From the NCBI GenBank assembly GCA_963847445.1, contig CAWJZV010000026.1:32001-96000 (forward strand): a DNA stretch of 64,000 bases, in the 5' to 3' direction. The notes under the pieces were generated by a model, which made no database searches, had not been told where the DNA came from, and saw nothing but the letters and a program-made list of their open reading frames with translations. Position 1 is the stretch's first letter; each line of letters begins with the position of its first letter. The DNA comes from an uncultured delta proteobacterium (GTDB taxonomy: Bacteria > Desulfobacterota > Binatia > UBA9968). Shown piece by piece: positions 60,991 to 64,000 of the stretch. The position numbers were made by a program, and so were the translations under genes.

Positions 60991-61075
60991 CACCGCAGAG
61001 GCACAGAGATCGCCGAGTTCAGAGAATTTCTCAATCAAGAATTCTTTACTCCACGTCCTCCGCGCCTCTGTGGTG
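60991..61075. repeat. Inverted repeat with CGCAGAG/CACAGAG tandem arms
   Basis: caccgcagaggcacagagatcgccgag ... ctccacgtcctccgcgcctctgtggtg. Confidence 0.7.
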
Positions 61076-61103
61076 CAATTTCCGACCTTCAGATCTTAAG
61101 ACC

Positions 61104-62086
61104 CTATTTCGAAAAGCCAAGCTCCCGGCGCGCCTTTTCCAAGAAACTATAATCGACCACCTCGGCGACCTTGATCGGCCGGGTTACCTTGGCGCTCTCG
61201 CGCGCCAGGTCGACGAGCAGCTGCACCGATTCGTTCGAGATCGTCCCGTCCTTGGCCAGCACCCGGCTGACATCGTTAAAAATCGCCTCCGCCATCTTAC
61301 GGTCGCCAAGCTTCCAGCGCTTCTGCACCAGATCGACGATCTCCCCATGCCGGCTCTTGTCTAGCAAATACTGTAGTGCGCGCAACTCGGCCCGCACCAT
61401 GCGGTAGACCTCGTCGGGATTTTCCTTGATTCGCTTCTCGGTGGCGCCGAAGCCGGCTTGAGCGAACTCGACGACATCGCCAAGAAAGAGCAACTCGTTA
61501 AATCCCTTGTCACGCGCGAAAATGTTTTCCGGCACCGACAGCAACGAAGCATCAACCGCGCCCGATTCCAGCACCGCTAAACGCCCCGCCGCCGTGCCGC
61601 CCATGGGAAGGATCGTAACGTCCCGTCCCGGTTCGAGACCGACATGGCGCAACGCTTGCACGGCGAGCAGCGTCGCCGAAGCGCCGGGCGTGCTGCCAGC
61701 GACTTTTTTGCCCTTGAGATCGCGCGGCTCGCGGATATCCTTCCGGCTCACCAGAAACATCAGCGGCCGCGACACCGTAAACACCAAGACTTTCATCGGC
61801 CGCCCTTGCACCGCGGCGCTGATCACCCCGGTCGCCGCGCCGTTATAATCGAGGTCGCCGGTCATCAGCGCCGTACTCGCCAGCGTCGCCGGCATGTGAA
61901 TCAGCTCGACATCGAACCCTTCATCGCGAAAGAACCCCTTGTCATGGGCGGCGAAGGTCGGCAGCAGCGTCACCGTCGTCGACGACAGCGACAATCGAAT
62001 CTTCTTTCGGCTGGTCTGCGCATCGGCGCCATCGCTGCCAATCCCAACACGTGAACAGACAGCAGCACCGCGATTGTAATCTTCAT
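61104..62086 (-). CDS. NMT1/SsuA-type ABC substrate-binding protein (indel in signal region)
   Basis: AHDKGFFRDEGFDVE, LKGKKVAGS, GLEPGRDV, VVDYSFLEKA; ATG 62086 after AGGTGG. Confidence 0.88.
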
Positions 62087-62119
62087 TGGCAGTCCACCTT
62101 TCGGATCTCCGAACAACTC

Positions 62120-62197
62120 TTGAACGCCGAACGATTTGACGGTTGAACCTCTTGAGCCGCTAAAACCTTGAACTTTGAACGCTTGAACCTTTGAACG
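62120..62197. repeat. TTGAAC tandem array
   Basis: At least six ttgaac units ending about 8 nt past the stop at 62205. Confidence 0.78.
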
Positions 62198-62204
62198 AAT
62201 TAAT

Positions 62205-63332
62205 CTATCCCCACACCCGCCGCGCGACCCTCGCGACCAATTCCAACTTGCGCCGCATATCGTCCCAGGTGATCAAATTCCCCAACAGCGTCGATGCGAA
62301 GCCGCACTGGGTGCTGAGAGCAAGGTTTTCCAACGGCACGTACTTACTCGCCTCGTCGATGCGGCGGCACAAGATCTCTTCCGGCTCCAGCCGCGCTTCC
62401 TTGGTGGTGATCAGACCCAGCACGACGGTTATTCCTTTGGGGACGAAGCGCAGCGGTTCGAAACCGCCGGCGCGCTCGCTATCGTATTCCATCAGAAAGC
62501 GGTCGGCATGGAGCCCGCCGAAAGTTTTTTCGGCGATGACTTCGTAGCTGCCTTCAGCGCTCCAGGCGCTGCGATTGTTGCCACGGCAAAAGTGAATGCC
62601 GATGACCGCGCCTGGTGTTCGCGTCAAACCGCCGATAAGCGCGTTGTCGCCGGCGATCACGTCGTCCAAGATTTCGTCCGGGTCCGCGCCCATGGCGCGC
62701 AACTGCTGGCGCCGTCCCTCGTCCATCAGATGGGTCAAATAGGATGGCCCGTCGAGCTGGACATACGACGTTCCGGCGTCGAAGAGTCCCTGCACTTCTT
62801 CGCGCAACAGCGCGGCGAACTCATGGACCATGTCGCGCCGAGTTGGATACACTTTGTCGGTGACGCCGGCCTTGTACTTGCTGTCGGCGAACTGGACCAC
62901 GCTCGGCACGCAAACTTTGAACGGCCCGGGCGCCTGCTGTTTTAAGAACGCCGCTTCGGCGGCGAAGATGCCCTGGGATTTCCGGCGCAGCTTGGCGCCC
63001 ACCACCGACTCGCCGTCGGGACGGCGGAAACCGCTCGCTAACTCGCCGTTGGGCCCGCGCCAGATCGGCGCCATGATCGATTCGCTCGGCACCAAGCCAT
63101 CCAGCGCGCTGGTAAAATCGGCCATGAAGTTGCCGCGCCGATACTCGCCGTCGGTGACAACGTCGACACCGGCTGACTTCTGTAGCTCCAGCGCATGCAC
63201 AATCGCGCGATCCTCGATCTCCCGCAATTGCTCAGTCGATAGCCGCTTTTCCCGATGGGCGGTGCGGGCGTCGATGAGTTCCGCCGGCCGCAGCAAACTA
63301 CCGAGATTATCAGCGCGAAAAGAGCTTGCCAT
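62205..63332 (-). CDS. Short MetE-like Zn enzyme, subfamily A
   Basis: FRADNLGSLLRP, TDGEYRR, HFCRGN, MEYD, STQCGF, GNLITWDDM; close paralog of 58509-59630. Confidence 0.92.
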   Translation of the reverse strand: MASSFRADNLGSLLRPAELIDARTAHREKRLSTEQLREIEDRAIVHALELQKSAGVDVVTDGEYRRGNFMADFTSALDGLVPSESIMAPIWRGPNGELASGFRRPDGESVVGAKLRRKSQGIFAAEAAFLKQQAPGPFKVCVPSVVQFADSKYKAGVTDKVYPTRRDMVHEFAALLREEVQGLFDAGTSYVQLDGPSYLTHLMDEGRRQQLRAMGADPDEILDDVIAGDNALIGGLTRTPGAVIGIHFCRGNNRSAWSAEGSYEVIAEKTFGGLHADRFLMEYDSERAGGFEPLRFVPKGITVVLGLITTKEARLEPEEILCRRIDEASKYVPLENLALSTQCGFASTLLGNLITWDDMRRKLELVARVARRVWG

Positions 63333-63363
63333 TTTTTTTGTCCGGTTCTTTCTCTTTGACGTT

Positions 63364-63397
63364 TTGAACGGCTTGAACCACTTGAACGCTTTGAACC
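63364..63397. repeat. TTGAACnnn nonamer tandem array
   Basis: ttgaac at 63364, 63373, 63382, 63391; abuts the stop at 63399. Confidence 0.8.
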
Positions 63398-63398
63398 T

Positions 63399-64000
63399 TT
63401 AACCCTTAATTCCCAATTCCTTATTCACCGCCCGCTGCAAGGTAAAGTCGAATATCCGCGCCGCCGGCACTGTCTCGGTCAACTTTAGCGCCAACGCCTC
63501 CTCGGCGAGAAACTCCTTGATCTCGTCGTCGGTGGGAATCCCCGTCGGCGTAAACGCCGGCTTACAGCGGCGGTACCATTCGGTGGCCGTCGCCAGATCG
63601 ACTTTCCATACCCGCGCGAGGATTTCCGCGGTTTCTTTCTCGTTGTCGTGGAAGAAGCGCGCCGACTTGGCCTTAACGCGCAACAGCCGGCGCAGCCAAT
63701 CGGGCGACTCCTGGACGTACCTGGTTTGCACCCCAATGCCTTGCTGGATGCTGGCAAATTTGTCGATGGAACTTTCCAGGACGTTCATCTTGAACTTGTC
63801 GCGGGCGAGAAACACATAGGGTGGGGTCAATCCGGCGACCTGGATCGAATTGCTTATCATGGCTTGCAGCTGGGTTGCCTCATCGCCTACTTGAGAAAAG
63901 GTCAGCTCTTTGTCCGAGTCGACGCCATGGATCGCGAGCATTTTTCGTGCTGCGGAATGTTGGCTGCCGTTGATGGTCGCAATGCCGAGCGCCTTGCCTT
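63399..64000 (-). CDS. NMT1/SsuA-type ABC substrate-binding protein, partial (runs off window)
   Basis: KGKALGIATING, LTPPY, IFDFTLQRAVNKELG. Confidence 0.82.
   Translation of the reverse strand, partial: GKALGIATINGSQHSAARKMLAIHGVDSDKELTFSQVGDEATQLQAMISNSIQVAGLTPPYVFLARDKFKMNVLESSIDKFASIQQGIGVQTRYVQESPDWLRRLLRVKAKSARFFHDNEKETAEILARVWKVDLATATEWYRRCKPAFTPTGIPTDDEIKEFLAEEALALKLTETVPAARIFDFTLQRAVNKELGIKG

Noticed and set aside
1340-62086. Programmed frameshifting or phase variation explaining split genes
   Set aside because: Breaks are scattered, mostly lack slippery or long homopolymer sites and hit all gene classes; sequencing error is simpler
1-63397. GTTC/GAAC arrays as LexA boxes
   Set aside because: Periods are 7-9 nt rather than GTTC-N7-GTTC or GAAC-N4-GTTC, and arrays follow stop codons of non-SOS genes
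1-64000. tRNA, rRNA, prophage, integrase, DGR or retron elements
   Set aside because: No cloverleaf, rRNA, reverse transcriptase, integrase or phage protein motifs were recognised; GTTCAA hits are tandem repeats, not T-loops

Overview
GC-rich bacterial chromosomal window (about 60% GC by eye) packed with transport and catabolic genes. It holds about 15 NMT1/SsuA/TauA-type ABC solute-binding proteins but only one ABC ATPase/permease set, 3 tandem TAXI TRAP receptors with one fused permease, and 2 intact-length plus 1 internally deleted TctC/Bug receptor. Enzymes include 5 short MetE-like Zn enzymes, 4 amidohydrolase_2 proteins, a hydroxycinnamoyl-CoA hydratase/lyase + acyl-CoA dehydrogenase + CaiB-pair cluster, an FAD monooxygenase, a CocE/NonD hydrolase, a Mo-hydroxylase large subunit, an EmrAB-like pump, NnrS and GNATs. 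This content resembles Ca. Binatia/Binatota-type genomes (inference, not verified). More than 30 single-base frameshifts suggest an unpolished long-read assembly. No rRNA, tRNA or CRISPR array was seen. The most unusual signal is non-coding. Many intergenic gaps hold a short repeat from one of about 10 families: GTAG-REPs with a cognate RAYT transposase at 32.2-32.8 kb, dRS3-like GTCATTCCC palindromes, and several 7-9-nt tandem-repeat families built as inverted arms. The tandem families sit directly after stop codons in a fixed transcript orientation, often lie beside a CCGAWTCCG-like core, nest inside one another and in places overlap start codons. Start codons and frameshift positions are estimates from reading the sequence.
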